Notes: a model not told the origin generated them from the letters alone. Positions 43,330 to 57,740 are shown, numbered from the stretch's first letter. The stretch is 64,000 nt of DNA from Octopus vulgaris (GCA_951406725.2 OX597838.1:12028001-12092000); one strand, 5' to 3'. Program-made: numbers and translations.

Positions 43330-44216
43330 ACCAAAGAAGGACCTAAAGACAAAAATAATAATAGCGCTATCAATAAGGAAGGGACAACTGGCACCCACGA
43401 CTTAGGTGATTTAAGTGAGGAAGATCAGAAGATTTTAGACGAGTTGCAGGAAGTAATGAGTAAAGAAGTAAGATAAAAGATTGCCAGCATTAAAAGACAT
43501 CAACAGAAGGAAGCTACAAGAAATAACTAGAAAAGTAGATTCTGTTATCAGGAGGATAGATACTAAAAATATAGAAGACACTCATTTACCGATCTATGCA
43601 GGAGTTAGTAGTCGCCAGTAGATTAGATATCTCGCAGAGAAAGATTAAAAAGAGCAAATCCGGGAAAGGAGACTACAAAATAAAGTGAAGACTTTAAGAC
43701 AAGATCTGAGCAGAATAGAAACCTGGAAACACAAAATGCAAATATTATCTCGAGAAAAGATATTTAGTCAACGAGAAAGAATTTGAGACAGTCATAGAAG
43801 AGTTGAAACAGCGTATCATAGCAGTAGCAAGCAAGGTCTCCAGATATCAGAAAAGAATAGATCAGTATCAACAGAATAGATTATTTGAGACACCAGAGGA
43901 GATTTTATAACCAAATAAATAGGGGAGAATGAAGTACTGAAGGTTACAACACTAATGCAGAGCAAGCTAGAAAGTACTGGAGTAATATTTGGGATAAACC
44001 AGTCAATCATAATGGCGATGCAGTATGGTTAAAGAAAGTGAGGGAAGAAATAGTGAGCGAGAAGCAGCTAGATCTAAGATTAACTCGTGCATTAATGAGT
44101 AAACTGTTAGGAAAAATGCCGAATTGGAAGGTCCCAGGAACAAATTTAGTTAGTTCAAGGGTACTGGCTAAAGGAATTCAATGGGAGACTTAGGGAACAA
44201 CTTCAGGTTTGCCTTA

Positions 44217-44218
<2 letters not shown>
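43330..44218 (+). mobile_element. Decayed R4/Dong-clade LINE fragment (region upstream of RT)
   Basis: ETVIEELKQRIIAVASKVSRYQKRIDQYQQNRLFE..YWSNIWDKPVNHNGDAVWL..MPNWKVPG..QGYWLK. Confidence 0.8.
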
Positions 44219-44277
<59 letters not shown>

Positions 44278-44495
44278 TGTCTGTATTTGTTTCCTCATCA
44301 TCACACTTGACAATTGGTGATGATGGGTTTACATCTTCTTAAGCTAGCGCTTCGATAAAACACAACGATACAATAAGTACAAAGCTAAAAGAATAAGTCC
44401 TGGGGTTTATTTGTTCAACCAAAATTCCGTCCAATGCCGTGTGCCAACATAACCGCAGTCAAAAGGCTAAAACAAGTATAAAATAAAAGATGTGT

Positions 44496-44571
<76 letters not shown>

Positions 44572-45200
44572 AAATATACATGTATATTTTTGGATTTGCT
44601 ATTTTACAGGATATTGTATTAAAAATTCGACTGAGTTCCAGTTTTATCTCTGTGTAGAGGATTTTCGTATTTCGCTATGAATTCTTTGTACTTTGATAGG
44701 ATCGGCAAAACTCCGACATTGGCAATCATCATTATTGAATTACAAACTTCCTCCCCAATACTCAACCACATATATTTAAAGCCACGAACGAACTGACTAA
44801 CAAGCAATGTCAGATATAATGTGATTTGCAAATTCGATTGCAAACGTGCAAAAGTTTCCAAAAGCTTCACGCCCTTAACAGGTATTTTGGTTACATACAT
44901 TCAACTGTCAGCCAGCGGCTCACTTATTAAAAATAAAATCCAATTGCAAAGGCCTTCCATCATACAACAGGAAAGAAAACGATATAAGAAAACTTTAATG
45001 GATTCTGCCCCTACACACTAAAGAATTGCTCACGGAAAATAAACTCTGAATATTGGAAACAATACTCTTAATACTGCACAACGCTAAAACCTGCGTAAGT
45101 ACAATATACACCAATTACAAACGCCAATATACATTCGATTGATTGACGATAAAGGAAAAATGTATATTCTGGTGGTAGTGTGTTCAGGACTTAAATTGGT

Positions 45201-45586
45201 GGTGGAAGCACTCCTTCGGTTACGCCGACGAGGGTTCCGGTTGGTCCGAATCAACGGAACAGCCTGCTCGTGAAATTAACGTGTAAGTGGCTGAGCACTC
45301 CACAGACACGTGTACCCTTAACGTAGTTCTCGGGGATGTTCAGCGTGACACAGAGAGTGACAAGGCCGGCCCTTTGAAATACAGGTACAACAGAAACAGG
45401 AAGTAAGAGTGAGAGAAAGTTGTGGCGAAAGAGTACAGCAGGGATCACCACCATCCCCTGCCGGAGCCTCATGGAGCTTTTAGGTGCTTTTGCTCAATAA
45501 ACACTCACAACGCCCGGTCTGGGAATCGAAACTGCGATCCTATGACTGCGAGTCCACTGCCCTAACCACTGGGACATTGCGCCTCC
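45201..45586 (-). mobile_element. Full-length SINE family C
   Basis: TSD ttaaattggt at 45191-45200 and 45587-45596. Confidence 0.9.
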
Positions 45587-46049
45587 TTAAATTGGTACTG
45601 CCTTCTGGAAAGAGGAAGCAATACACGCAAAAATCACGAAGTTTTTTATAATGAGACTACGTAGGAATTCGAAACTTTGAAGGTGTATTTCCGTTTTTGT
45701 ATTATTCTTACTGTGCCAAACTTTGAGACTCATAAGAAAATACTGGAAAAATCTTAATGTTAAAGATTACCATAGAACAGTGGCGCGTATTCGATAGCAC
45801 TGTGTGTGCATGTGTACGTGTGTGTATTTACAAAATATTTCATTAACCTTTTTTCTGCAATTCAATTGCTTTTCTTCTCAATTACTTTCCACTGTTGTTT
45901 CACTCTTAGTTGAAAAATCGAAAAGACAGAAAGCGGGGTACTAACCCTTACAAAATGTATTTCACGATAAAATTATTTTTCATTTTCTCATCTTGTCTTA
46001 TTTTCTCTGTATATAACAACTCGTGTGTCACTTTTCAACCATCTATAAT

Positions 46050-46099
<50 letters not shown>

Positions 46100-46672
46100 G
46101 GTGTATTTATGCATGTGTGTTTATATATATATGAATGCGTGCGTGTTTGTATACATAAGCATATGCATATATATATATGCGTGTATATGTACAGAGGCAC
46201 AAATACACATACACACGCACCCACACCTTTTAGAACATACCTGCACAAACAAAAAAACATCTATATAGAAAAAAGTATGTAGCGTGTGTGTGTGTGGGTG
46301 TGTGGTGGGGGGCAGACAATTGATGCCGGATGTCTCTACTAAAATTATATACATCATATACACAGGTAAAACTGTTGAGTGTTAAACGATGTTAAATGGT
46401 TGTTTTCTTATACGATTAGAGAAACTTGACGAAGAGATTCAGCAAACTGAATTACAGACTAGATTATTGTTAACAACGTTGCAATGGATTAGCTTAACTA
46501 AACGACTAAACATCATATTAGAAACACGCCTCTCCTTGCGCATACATTTTTATGCATACATACGTACACGCATAGGCACCATACATGCATACATATCTAT
46601 CTATTTATCTATCTATCTATCATTCTATCTATCTATCATTCTATCTATCTACCTACCTATCTACCTATCTAC

Positions 46673-46756
<84 letters not shown>

Positions 46757-46860
46757 GGAAAAATATTATTTACCCCTTATTTTGGAATGTAAAGCTATTT
46801 ACACAAAAAACATTATGTATAATAATGTACTTCCTTCTCACTCTCTTTCTTATTATATCC

Positions 46861-46903
<43 letters not shown>

Positions 46904-46912
46904 CACACACAC

Positions 46913-46943
<31 letters not shown>

Positions 46944-47038
46944 TATATATATAAGCATATATACACATATATATACATATATATATAAAAACATATACAT
47001 ATATATATATAATCCCTTGTTTTTTACTAATATATATA

Positions 47039-47082
<44 letters not shown>

Positions 47083-47542
47083 TGGCTGGCTGTGTGTGTG
47101 TGTATGTGTGTTTGTATACATACATATTAGGGGAAGTGGTTTGATAATACATTTAATAACTATTTGAGTTGAATATCGACAAATAATAGCTCGAATCTTT
47201 CGGTTGTCGCCATTGTTTTAAAAAAGACAACAAAAAAAAAGAGAAATACTCTGATTAACAGCCTCACAACGTAATTGAAGAAATACCCCTCTACCTACCT
47301 GTCTGTTTATCTATCTACTTATCTGTACACACGCACGCACACACACTCACACACAAGCAAGCACACGCACACATACATATGTATATATATATGTGTACAT
47401 ATGTGCATACTTATACATACATGCATATGTTATGTTTACATATGCATAAGAATACGCACATACAGACCTACGTACATGATAGATACATATACACATACAT
47501 ACATACACACATGCACACATACACGCACGCACACGCACACGC

Positions 47543-47576
<34 letters not shown>

Positions 47577-47581
<5 letters not shown>

Positions 47582-47735
47582 GTGTACAAACAAACAAATG
47601 TATTAGTATAGCGTTCAGGAATAGAAAAAGTCTTTTACGTTTCGAGCCTACGCTCTTCGACAGAAAGATACACAGAAAAAATCAAGGAGAGAAACAAGGA
47701 GAGAAAAAAAAATGTGTGTAGTAGCTAACGATCTA
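47577..47735 (-). mobile_element. PLE-like 3' end fragment abutting (CA)n
   Basis: Homologous to 110-268, and downstream of a same-strand GIY-YIG remnant. Confidence 0.55.
47631..47668 (-). ncRNA. Minimal non-canonical hammerhead-like motif
   Basis: TCTTT-CTGTCGAA-GAGC-gtag-GCTC-GAAA-CG-TA-AAAGA. Stems I and II pair perfectly and helix III is the palindrome ACGT. Confidence 0.5.
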
Positions 47736-47959
47736 TGTGTGTTGTGTGCGATTATATGTACATGTTTTGGATTAATTTGATTTTGAAACTATGTCAAATC
47801 ACAACAATCTGTACACCTACCTGGGCAATTTCAGAAACACACAAAAACTGCATTTGGTGGACTTGTACATACTAATGCACACTCAAAATCACACATTACA
47901 TACTAAATACACAAGTAAACACAGCCGTGCAGATACTGAGACACACATATTCGCACACA

Positions 47960-48325
47960 GATTCATACAGTCTAAGCTGCTTTTCCAGATGAGCCATCTT
48001 TCCATATCACATAGACCGCAATTTCTACTGCCGTTGGTGTAGGGCTTACACTTGGCTAAGATCTTCCAATGGATGTTGTAACTGACACCTTTACCTTTTA
48101 ATGACTGTATAATTTGGTCGTTTTCTTTTTATCCCAGTGCCTAAAGCTCAAGGTGTGATTATTGAACCTGGCCTTCAAATTACCCTCTGTAAGGCCCACG
48201 CATTTCTTCGTCGAAACCATGTCTTTGGTGGGTATAGAGTTCAAGGTGGCTTCGTAAATGATGGTCTCGGACATGCAAGCTCCATGTAGCGGGCACAAAG
48301 TTTTATCCCTGTATGAACAGCTGGT
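47960..48325 (-). pseudogene. Penelope-like element GIY-YIG endonuclease remnant
   Basis: CPLHGACMSETIIYEA..KKCVGLTEGNLKARFNNHTLSFR..TKL, then after a frameshift LKGKGVSYNIHWKILAKCKPYTNGSRNCGLCDMERWLI. Confidence 0.85.
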
Positions 48326-48695
48326 TTCGTATTGTGGTTTTTGTGTGTTGTGTGCGATTATATTTTTAAAATATTTATATACATATATACATGCGTGAGC
48401 GTGCGTATACGTGTGTCAGCTGATGGTAGTTTTTCGTGTCTGAAAATAAAGAGGAACGCCGCATCCCCAAGTTAAGTGGCTACGTAAATGACTCTTGACG
48501 ATACAGGTATTTCCTCCTCGCGTGCGTTTGTAATTTAAAAGTGAGAGACATGCCGTGCAATATGATATGATTCCTATCTTTAGACGTTGAGGTCAGACCA
48601 CAACAGCCATACACACACACACACACATATATATATATACATATGTAAAATATATATATATATATAGACACACATATATATGTATTCATTTATTC

Positions 48696-48740
<45 letters not shown>

Positions 48741-49761
48741 TCACATACATACGTGTGTGTGTGTTTGTGTGTGTTCATTAAAACTTTCATTCGAAACTTC
48801 ATGAGGTCTTGTTACCTGAAGTTCCACGTTTCCGTTTAAAAATCAATTTATCGTGACAACGAAACATAAACTTTACCTAGAGTTCGTTAGATGACCAGAG
48901 AAGGAATACTAAGACGTAAATATGTAATGTATACACAATTTATATACACTCACAACTTCACATTTTGAATATGTTCCCCTTTGTTAATAAAAAAAACTAA
49001 TGGTATGTACGTATGTATGTACGTGTTTATATATGCATGTATATGTGTATGCTATCTTTTTAATAATTATTTCGTGAATTTTTCTTCGTGTAAAAGAGGA
49101 AGCCATATTAAAATGATGGCAGCGGTTCTTCTGTTCTTTTCTCTCTTTTTCTCTTCGTCTTTTCTCCAAAACTATCATTATAAATATCAATTAAATTTGT
49201 TTTGAAATTGTTTTTACATCAAAATTTTTAATGTTTTTCCATATAATAGTCCCGTCTACCTAAACAACAAGCATCGTTGTACGTCTTCAGCACGGAGTAA
49301 TAGATGACAATTAATTAATTATATCAACCAAATAATTGTCCGCCTTTTTAATCAGAAGAACAATGAGAGGGGGTGGGGGAAGAGAAACGAGAAAGAAAGA
49401 AACAAAAATAAGAGAAAAAATAACGAGAATCACTCATAGTTTAGAAACAGAAAGACGCAATTTTGAATGCACTCAATTATTTTACAAAGCAAAAGGAATC
49501 TATTCAAGCTTTAATTTAAGTGTGTTGTGAAAAGTTTCCGTCATTAGATTATCTTTCTAGCATCAGCCATATTTTTGTGAATGTAGCGTACAGTTTATAG
49601 AGAATCGAACATGTTATATACATTTGGCTCTGCTTGTGTTAGTTACGGCCCACAGCCTATATTGAATATACACGATGCCATGAAGAACGTTGGACAAATG
49701 ATAACTTTTTGTTCAGGTTTACATGTTTGCTTGTATTTCATTATATAAGCAGTTTTTTAAA

Positions 49762-49960
49762 GATGGCGAACGGGCAAAATCTTTAACGTGTCGGACAAAA
49801 TGCTTAGCAGCATTTTATCCAGCTTTACATTCTGTGTTTAAATTCCTCCAAGGTGGACTTTCCTTTTCATACTTTCAGGGTCGATCAAATAAGTACAAGT
49901 TGAACATTTGGGTCAATGTAATCAAGTAGCACCCTCCTTCACATTTTAGGTCTTGTGCCT
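49762..49960 (+). mobile_element. Highly diverged A-prime SINE
   Basis: Degenerate match to 29123-29320. Confidence 0.55.
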
Positions 49961-50016
49961 GGTTCATCCATTTGTGTGTGTGTACGTATGTATGTGTGTG
50001 TGTGCATCTCTCTTTT

Positions 50017-50065
<49 letters not shown>

Positions 50066-50069
<4 letters not shown>

Positions 50070-50690
50070 AACGCAGGTGTTATTCAAATTCTTTTACTTC
50101 CGACACATGTTTCGAAGACAACATTGGTATTATTTCAGGAGGAATATAAGGGTGTAAATCAATGCAATCTTCTCATCAGGGAAAGAAAGTAACCAAACAC
50201 ATCAGTAAGACATTTTAACATAATGTGATGACTGCGTATATGATGAAGGGAACGCTATCAAGTTTTTTTTTAAACCGTTAGTAGATATAACGTCAAAGGT
50301 AGTTTATAGAAAGAGAAGGAGAAGAAGGAAAGAAATTAGTAGGAAAAACTAATAGTGGAGAGATATAGAGCGATAAGTGAATTTGAATAAAGCTTCAAGG
50401 CATGGAAGTAGATCTATTTAGTGGAAGTGCAATGTAAGAAGACAGTCAAAGGCCGAATTCTATAGAATGGTAGAAATCACTTATAGGAACTAAAAGTATG
50501 TTTCTTCCAGTGTTTGCAATGATAAACGCGTTCTATAAACGTGTTTACAAGGGGATTCTTTGAGAATAGGGAGCTAAAAGATTTACCTTTGTCACAAGGT
50601 AAAGAAACAGAGAGAATATTCCATTCAAAATTAAATTGTTTATTATGATCTTTTAATCTTGTATCTAAAAGCCCACGATGTTCCTAAACA
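50066..50690 (-). mobile_element. PLE 3' fragment: endonuclease C-terminus, UTR and hammerhead, ending in (TA)n
   Basis: RLKDHNKQFNFEWNILSVSLPCDKGKSF parallels the LK..W.IL...PY motif near 48000-48100. A canonical hammerhead lies downstream. Confidence 0.65.
50097..50184 (-). ncRNA. Type I hammerhead ribozyme, canonical core
   Basis: tttcc-CTGATGA-gaaga..cattg/caatg..tcttc-GAAA-catgtg-TC-ggaag, with predicted GUC cleavage. Confidence 0.75.
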
Positions 50691-50741
50691 CAATATTCCT
50701 AAACGTCAGCAATGATCATCCTCGGTCACGAGTGGACGGCA

Positions 50742-50774
<33 letters not shown>

Positions 50775-50900
50775 CTTATAAAATAAGGGCAAAAGAAATA
50801 TTCTAATGCCAACTATGCCGAAAAAAGACAAATTGTCAATAACCATTATAATTTATGCGTCTCGAAACAAGCCGATAGAAATTTCTAAAAACTTCCGTTA

Positions 50901-50961
50901 TTACCGTATTGGTTCCAATTTCAGAGTTAATTCATAAGAATTTTCTCCTCCTCAGCGATAA
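50901..50961 (-). ncRNA. Type I hammerhead ribozyme, canonical core
   Basis: ttatcg-CTGAGGA-ggag..aattc/gaatt..ctct-GAAA-ttgg-aa-ccaa-TA-cggtaa. Stem I is 6 bp and predicted cleavage is at AUA. Confidence 0.7.
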
Positions 50962-51282
50962 ATACGTAAGACATAAAGGAAATACTTACTCATACTCATG
51001 GAAAAAGCAAGCACTAAGTCCTGAGCAGACCTAAGTACCGCAAATATATCCAAAATAGGAAATCTTCAGCGCATCTCGAGACACGTGTGATTCGAACTAG
51101 AAAGTTTCACAGAGTGAGAGAGTCCGGAAGTGAACACTATTAAATTTACAATTAATGTAGGATAAAATTTTTTCGAAAAGAATTTTATCAATGGCCATAA
51201 AGACTGAAATAAGTAAAAGAATAAAGGAATAAAAGGATAAATAAATCCCTTTTATTCAACGGGATTTCATAGCGTCTGTAGC

Positions 51283-51350
51283 CATTAATAGCCGACGAGA
51301 ATGCATCGTAGCTCTTCGCTCCGACATTCGAAACTCCGAGTTCTATAATG
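51283..51350 (+). ncRNA. Type I hammerhead-like ribozyme, U4C core variant
   Basis: catt-a-atag-CCGACGA-gaatg..cattc-GAAA-ctccgag-TT-ctat-aatg. Confidence 0.65.
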
Positions 51351-51386
51351 ACAACTTACTGATTGTCCTAAATTATACATACATAT

Positions 51387-51589
<203 letters not shown>

Positions 51590-52260
51590 CAACGAAAGGA
51601 AGAATGAAAGATGATAAAAGATAATATGAATTGAGGCAGGAATTAAAGAGTAAAAGAGAGAAGGAGAAAGAAAGATTGACAAGCATAAATATATAGGGAG
51701 GAAACGAAAGTGAAAGGCAGAAATAAAATGATAGAGACGGGGGCTGAGAGAGAAGGAGGAGAATTAGGGTGAGACTGAGAGGGAAAGAGAAGTAGGGAGA
51801 AGCGAAGGGGGAATGATGGGTGAAGAAGGTGACAATGAAAATAATCCGCAAAAAGTACGAGAAGGTGATGAAGTGAGAAAGACGGAATGTGAAAGAGATA
51901 ACAATTGAGTGAGAAAGAGAGAGCGAGAGGGAGAGAAATACGGGAGAGATGGAAAGGCAGCGAGATGAAGGAGGAGATGAGGGAACGAAAGAAAGAATGT
52001 GAGATGTCTTTTTGTGTGAGTTTCTGAAAATTGTAACAAGCAAAGTCATTGGTAACAGACAAAATGTTGTGGCCCGTGGCAAATTTATTAAGCAACATAG
52101 CATGGCTGCCACAATATCTGGCAACGTTATTGTCGGTTAAACACAGCGATAATTAACCTCCAGTTAGAGAGAAGAGATAGAGGGAAAGAAAGGAGAAGAG
52201 GAATACAGGTAGAGAGAAAGCGATGAAATGAGGATATGTATGTATATGTGTGGTTGTATG

Positions 52261-52413
<153 letters not shown>

Positions 52414-52502
52414 TCACATATATAGTGCATGCACACATATATAATACATAAATGTATATACATAAATGTATATACATATATGCACATATATATATATGCA
52501 TG

Positions 52503-52533
<31 letters not shown>

Positions 52534-53289
52534 TATGTATGTGTGTAGGTATGTATATATGTATGTATGAGTGTATTTGCTAAAAAAGGAAATACCAAAA
52601 AGTTACAAAACTCATGCTCACAACCATATGCATATACACTCATTCACACACACACACACTTACCAGAACAGAAGTTAACTAAACGCGAATTATCGACTCA
52701 TACACTTGGAGAAAAAAAAATATAAAGAAAGAACATAAAATAGTTCTCAAAATTATATGCCAAAAGCCATATTGGATGGAGCTAACAAGATGACCAAAAT
52801 TGAAAAACAAAAATATAATATCAAGGAAAAGACTTTAAAAAATAAAATAAAAATTGTTAAAAAAAAATTTAAAAGACCATCAAATAAAGACAAGAAAAAT
52901 CTTGTGACAGTTGTCATGGCGGCATTTCAATTTTACGCTCTGTTCATTGATTTGATATTTTTGCAGACTGCCCACCGAACCACCTCGTCTGCCATTTCAA
53001 CGTTTTTTTTTTTATTGTAACATTATTGCTTTCTTTGTTGTTGATGCTGTTACTGTTGCTGTTGTTGTTATTGTGCGCCTCTTTGCTAAGATTTTATTGT
53101 TAACATCATCATCATCGTTAGCATCATCGTAAGCATCATCATCATCATCATCATCATCATCATTGTCACCGTCACGTTTATTATTAGTATGGTCAATATT
53201 TTGTTATTGTTATTGTTATCATCATCATTATTAAAGTCCCTTAACATCTTGGGCCCCGTTGACTAATAATAGATAACATCACCAGTTTT

Positions 53290-53313
53290 CATCATCATTA
53301 TCAACATCATCAA

Positions 53314-53352
<39 letters not shown>

Positions 53353-53387
53353 CATCATCATCATCATCATCATCATCATTATTATTA

Positions 53388-53463
<76 letters not shown>

Positions 53464-53526
53464 CATCATCATCATTATTATTATTATCATTATTATTATT
53501 ATTATTACTATTATTATTATTATTAA

Positions 53527-53602
<76 letters not shown>

Positions 53603-53747
53603 CGTAGGGCTTGTGGCAATAAAAGAAATCCCCTCCATATGCCTACCACGCTGATGAGGATGATCATCATGAGTATTCTTCTTCTTCTTCTTCTTCTTCT
53701 TCTTCTTCTTCCTCCTCCTCATCATCATCACCATCATCATCACCACC

Positions 53748-53825
<78 letters not shown>

Positions 53826-53850
53826 GTATTATTATTATTATTATTATTTA
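53290..53850. repeat. Compound (TAT/CAT/TCT/CAC)n arrays
   Basis: Seen directly. Confidence 0.95.
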
Positions 53851-54069
53851 ATTTTAGGCCCAGTGAGTATTTGTCATGTCACTAGAGACGTTCTAAAACA
53901 ACCTTTTGCACCTTCTCCCGTTTTTATTCCTTCTTTCTTTCTTTATTATTATAATTATAATTGTTATTATTATCATTATATTTTTGTTGCAATATTTAAA
54001 AAATTTATTTCCTTTCAGTTCCTTTGCACATTTAGTTTTTATTTTGAGATGACTTTCTTTTTTAATTTC

Positions 54070-54127
<58 letters not shown>

Positions 54128-54877
54128 GTCTTTTTAAATTTTATCGTTACTGTTTTTTTGTTATTTTTTGTTACTTTGACTCAGTGGACAGTAAAGAAAC
54201 TAAATTTCTCTCGCCATTATTGTTAACATAACTGTCAGCATCGTCGTCGCCGAGAATGATGGTGATAATGATGTTGATGATCATGATGAAGATGGTGATG
54301 ATGATAGCGATCGTGATGGTCGTGATGCTGCTGGTGATGGTGATGTTGACGATGATGACCATGTTGATGATGAAGATGGTGATGGTAGTGCTGGTGGTAG
54401 TGGTGGTGATGATGACGATGATGATGATTATGGTTCATCATGATCGTCATCATAATCATAATCATCGCCATCGTCATCACCGTTATCAGTAGCAGTTCCA
54501 TCACTACGACCACCCTCTTCATCGTACCACCCCCGCCACAATCATCGCCATGACGGACAGAATGCTAATCTTCCCTCCCCTCCTGTTATGCCTTGTCCTC
54601 CTCCTCCTCATCCTCATCTCCCTCCCTTTCATCTTCATCAGCAGCAGCAGCAGCACCATTATCTTCATTATCACCCTCATCAACATAATCATTACAATCA
54701 CAATCAGCTTACTCTTCCTCATCTTCCGTTACCATCATCCTCATCATCAGCAGCAGCAATCGTATCAGCATCACGAAAATAACTACCATCTGTTTCTCCT
54801 CCGCCTCCTCCTTTGTTTGCTTTATCTCCTCCCATCTTCATCATTCCCATCATCAACAGTACCATTGTCACCACCAC

Positions 54878-54910
<33 letters not shown>

Positions 54911-54957
54911 TATTATCATCTTTGTCATTGTCTTTATATGTGTATGACTATTATCAT

Positions 54958-55218
<261 letters not shown>

Positions 55219-55311
55219 TAGTAGTAGTAGTAGCAGTAGTAGTAGCAGCAGCAGCAGCACTAGTAGTAGTAGTAGTAGCAGTAGTAGTAGTAGCAGCAGC
55301 AGCAGCAGCAC

Positions 55312-55364
<53 letters not shown>

Positions 55365-55858
55365 TTTATTTTCTTTGCACACTTTGCACACTTTCTGGAG
55401 ATGTATTACAGTGTCAGCTGTTCACTACCAGTGAACTAAAGCAACACCTCTTATTTTTCGAGCACCATCCGGAGTATTCGAACGGTTCGAAGCAGTGCTG
55501 TTTTCTGCAAGTGCTCCAATCTTATCGCAGCCCCTATTTGTTTCAAGTACCTCTCAAGATTTTTACTCACTGTTCCCGGAGCTCCGACATTTATTGGTAA
55601 TACTACCATCTTTTTCATCGACCACAACTGCTTAACTTCTCAAGCTAACCTGTCATTTCTATCGACTTTTCTTTCGTCTTTATCGCATACCTTGTTGTCA
55701 GCTGGGCATGCTATATCTATGATCCAGCATCGTTTGCTTTCTTTCTCAATTAACGCTGTGTCTGGTTTCCTATTCTCCATCTCATTTTATGATTCGCACC
55801 GAATCATAAAATCCCATAGGATCTTTGCGTTATCAATTTCGATGATGCCTTTTGGATT
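55365..55858 (-). mobile_element. R4/Dong-like LINE 3' end (restriction-like endonuclease)
   Basis: AKILWDFMIRC..RKPDTALIEKESKRCWIIDIACPAD..LEHLQKTALLRTVRILRMVLEK*. Confidence 0.8.
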
Positions 55859-55859
55859 T

Positions 55860-56478
55860 CTCTGAGACATGGTTCTACTGAGATGTTTTCTAGATGTTTC
55901 TGACATCCCTTTTTTATTTATCATACCTAGGGAACCTACAATACTAGGAACAGTTCTCGCTTTCAGATGCAACATTTTTGTAGTTCAGTTTCCAGGTCCT
56001 TATATTTACTTAATTTATCAAATTCCTTTACAGATATAATTTTATCAGTGGGAAATCTTACATAAATTAGTTTACAAGAATTTTCTTCCCTCTTCTTAAT
56101 GATTATGTCTGGTCGATTAGCCTGGGTCGTTCTATAGGTGTTGACTGGAAAATTACCTTCAATGATTGGTTAAAGATGATGTTCATACCAGTAAGCAGGA
56201 GTGCTGATTTTGTAGCTTTTATGTATTTTCCAATGTAAATACTGACCTACTCTATCATGGTGATTTTTGTATTTGTTTGGTGTCAACACAAAAAATAACG
56301 TGACGAGATGGTCTGTTGCTTCATTAAGTGTATCGCAGAATCTGCATTTAGTGTGAGAACCGTTTTGAAGAACGTTGGCCTGGTAGCTTTTGGTAAGCAA
56401 GCCTTGATCTTGTGTCTCCAATATGAAACATTTAGTCTCTGCTTTCAGTCCTGAACTTCTCAGCCACTGATGGGTTGT
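55860..56478 (-). mobile_element. Second R4/Dong-like fragment (zinc knuckle and RLE)
   Basis: HQWLRSSGLKAET..QDQGLLTKSY..KCRFCD..EATDHLV..HDRVGQYLHWKI..ANRPDII..KYKDLE. Confidence 0.85.
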
Positions 56479-56504
56479 TGTTATTATAATTATTTGAGGA
56501 AAAG

Positions 56505-56982
56505 GGCAATGACGTACTCGGGTAAACTCTGGGTGTCGAGAGGGATCAACTAACTGGTCTTTTAGTTAGAATTTTTTTCTGGTCGAGTAGCTCATCCCGC
56601 TCAAATGGTCCCTGAATAAGGATTGTTTAAGGATGCTGAACGAACCACTCATGTTTCCAAAAGGAGGATTATACAAACAAACCTCCAAGAATTCCTTTCA
56701 ACATACCGCTATGATGCTACCCCACTACATCTGCTCGTTATCAGAGATGCACATATCAACAGCCACCAAGGGACATGGTCAACTGGTTAAGGTCAAACAA
56801 CTGAGAAGCAAATTTGTGGTATTGAGCAGAATATTTGCTGTAGCCCATCATAATACAAAACAATGTACATGATGACACTTCCAATCAGTTAAGATCAGAA
56901 GCCATGAGCGCCACTGTCTGGTACTGCATCAAGGCATAGCCACTGTTTGGTACTGCATCAGGACATGGTACTACATCAGGGC

Positions 56983-56985
<3 letters not shown>
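56505..56985 (+). mobile_element. Unclassified retroposon 3' region inserted in (TTA)n
   Basis: The terminus aatcagtt.agatcagaa.ccatgag.gcca.tg.ctggtactg is shared with 6625-6675. TTA arrays flank both sides. Confidence 0.5.
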
Positions 56986-57057
<72 letters not shown>

Positions 57058-57708
57058 CATTATTATTATCATCATCATCATCATCATTTTGATTATTATA
57101 CGCACAAAAGATTAGTCCGTTGGAATGTGCTGTCAGACGGACAAAATGAGTACCAGTTGACCACTGGCATTGATGTGATTGTCTAGCCGCTCCTCCAAAT
57201 TTCTGTCCTGTATCTGTAGTACAAAGGATTCTATACCATGTGCACTTACACTTTTCCCCTTATAATTATTTTATCATGTCATAATAAACCCCCACGCTTT
57301 ACGTCTGCCTTTTCTGTTGTCTCTCCTTCACCCTTCACCCTGGTGGCAAATAAATGAAATCATTATTACCATTGCTGTTGTTGTTGTTATTTTTGCTCAC
57401 CCAAAATTCGATAAAGTTAATATAATATTTTTTGTGTGTGTTTCTGTTCCTTGAAGCGGTTTGAGGCTCGTATTTGTTGTTGTAGTTTTGATTTTCGTTA
57501 TCTGTTCATGCCTTTGAACATAAAATCCACCAGATGGCTTCCTATCGGTTTCTCTCATTAAAGTTTGTGTTTGTTTTTATATGTATTCACTATTGAAATA
57601 CTTGCCCTGCTTACTTACGTATATTTGATATACGTATAATTAATACATTGACATTTATCCATAAATAAATAAATATAGACACCTATATATACCGTCTTAT
57701 ACACACAC

Positions 57709-57740
<32 letters not shown>

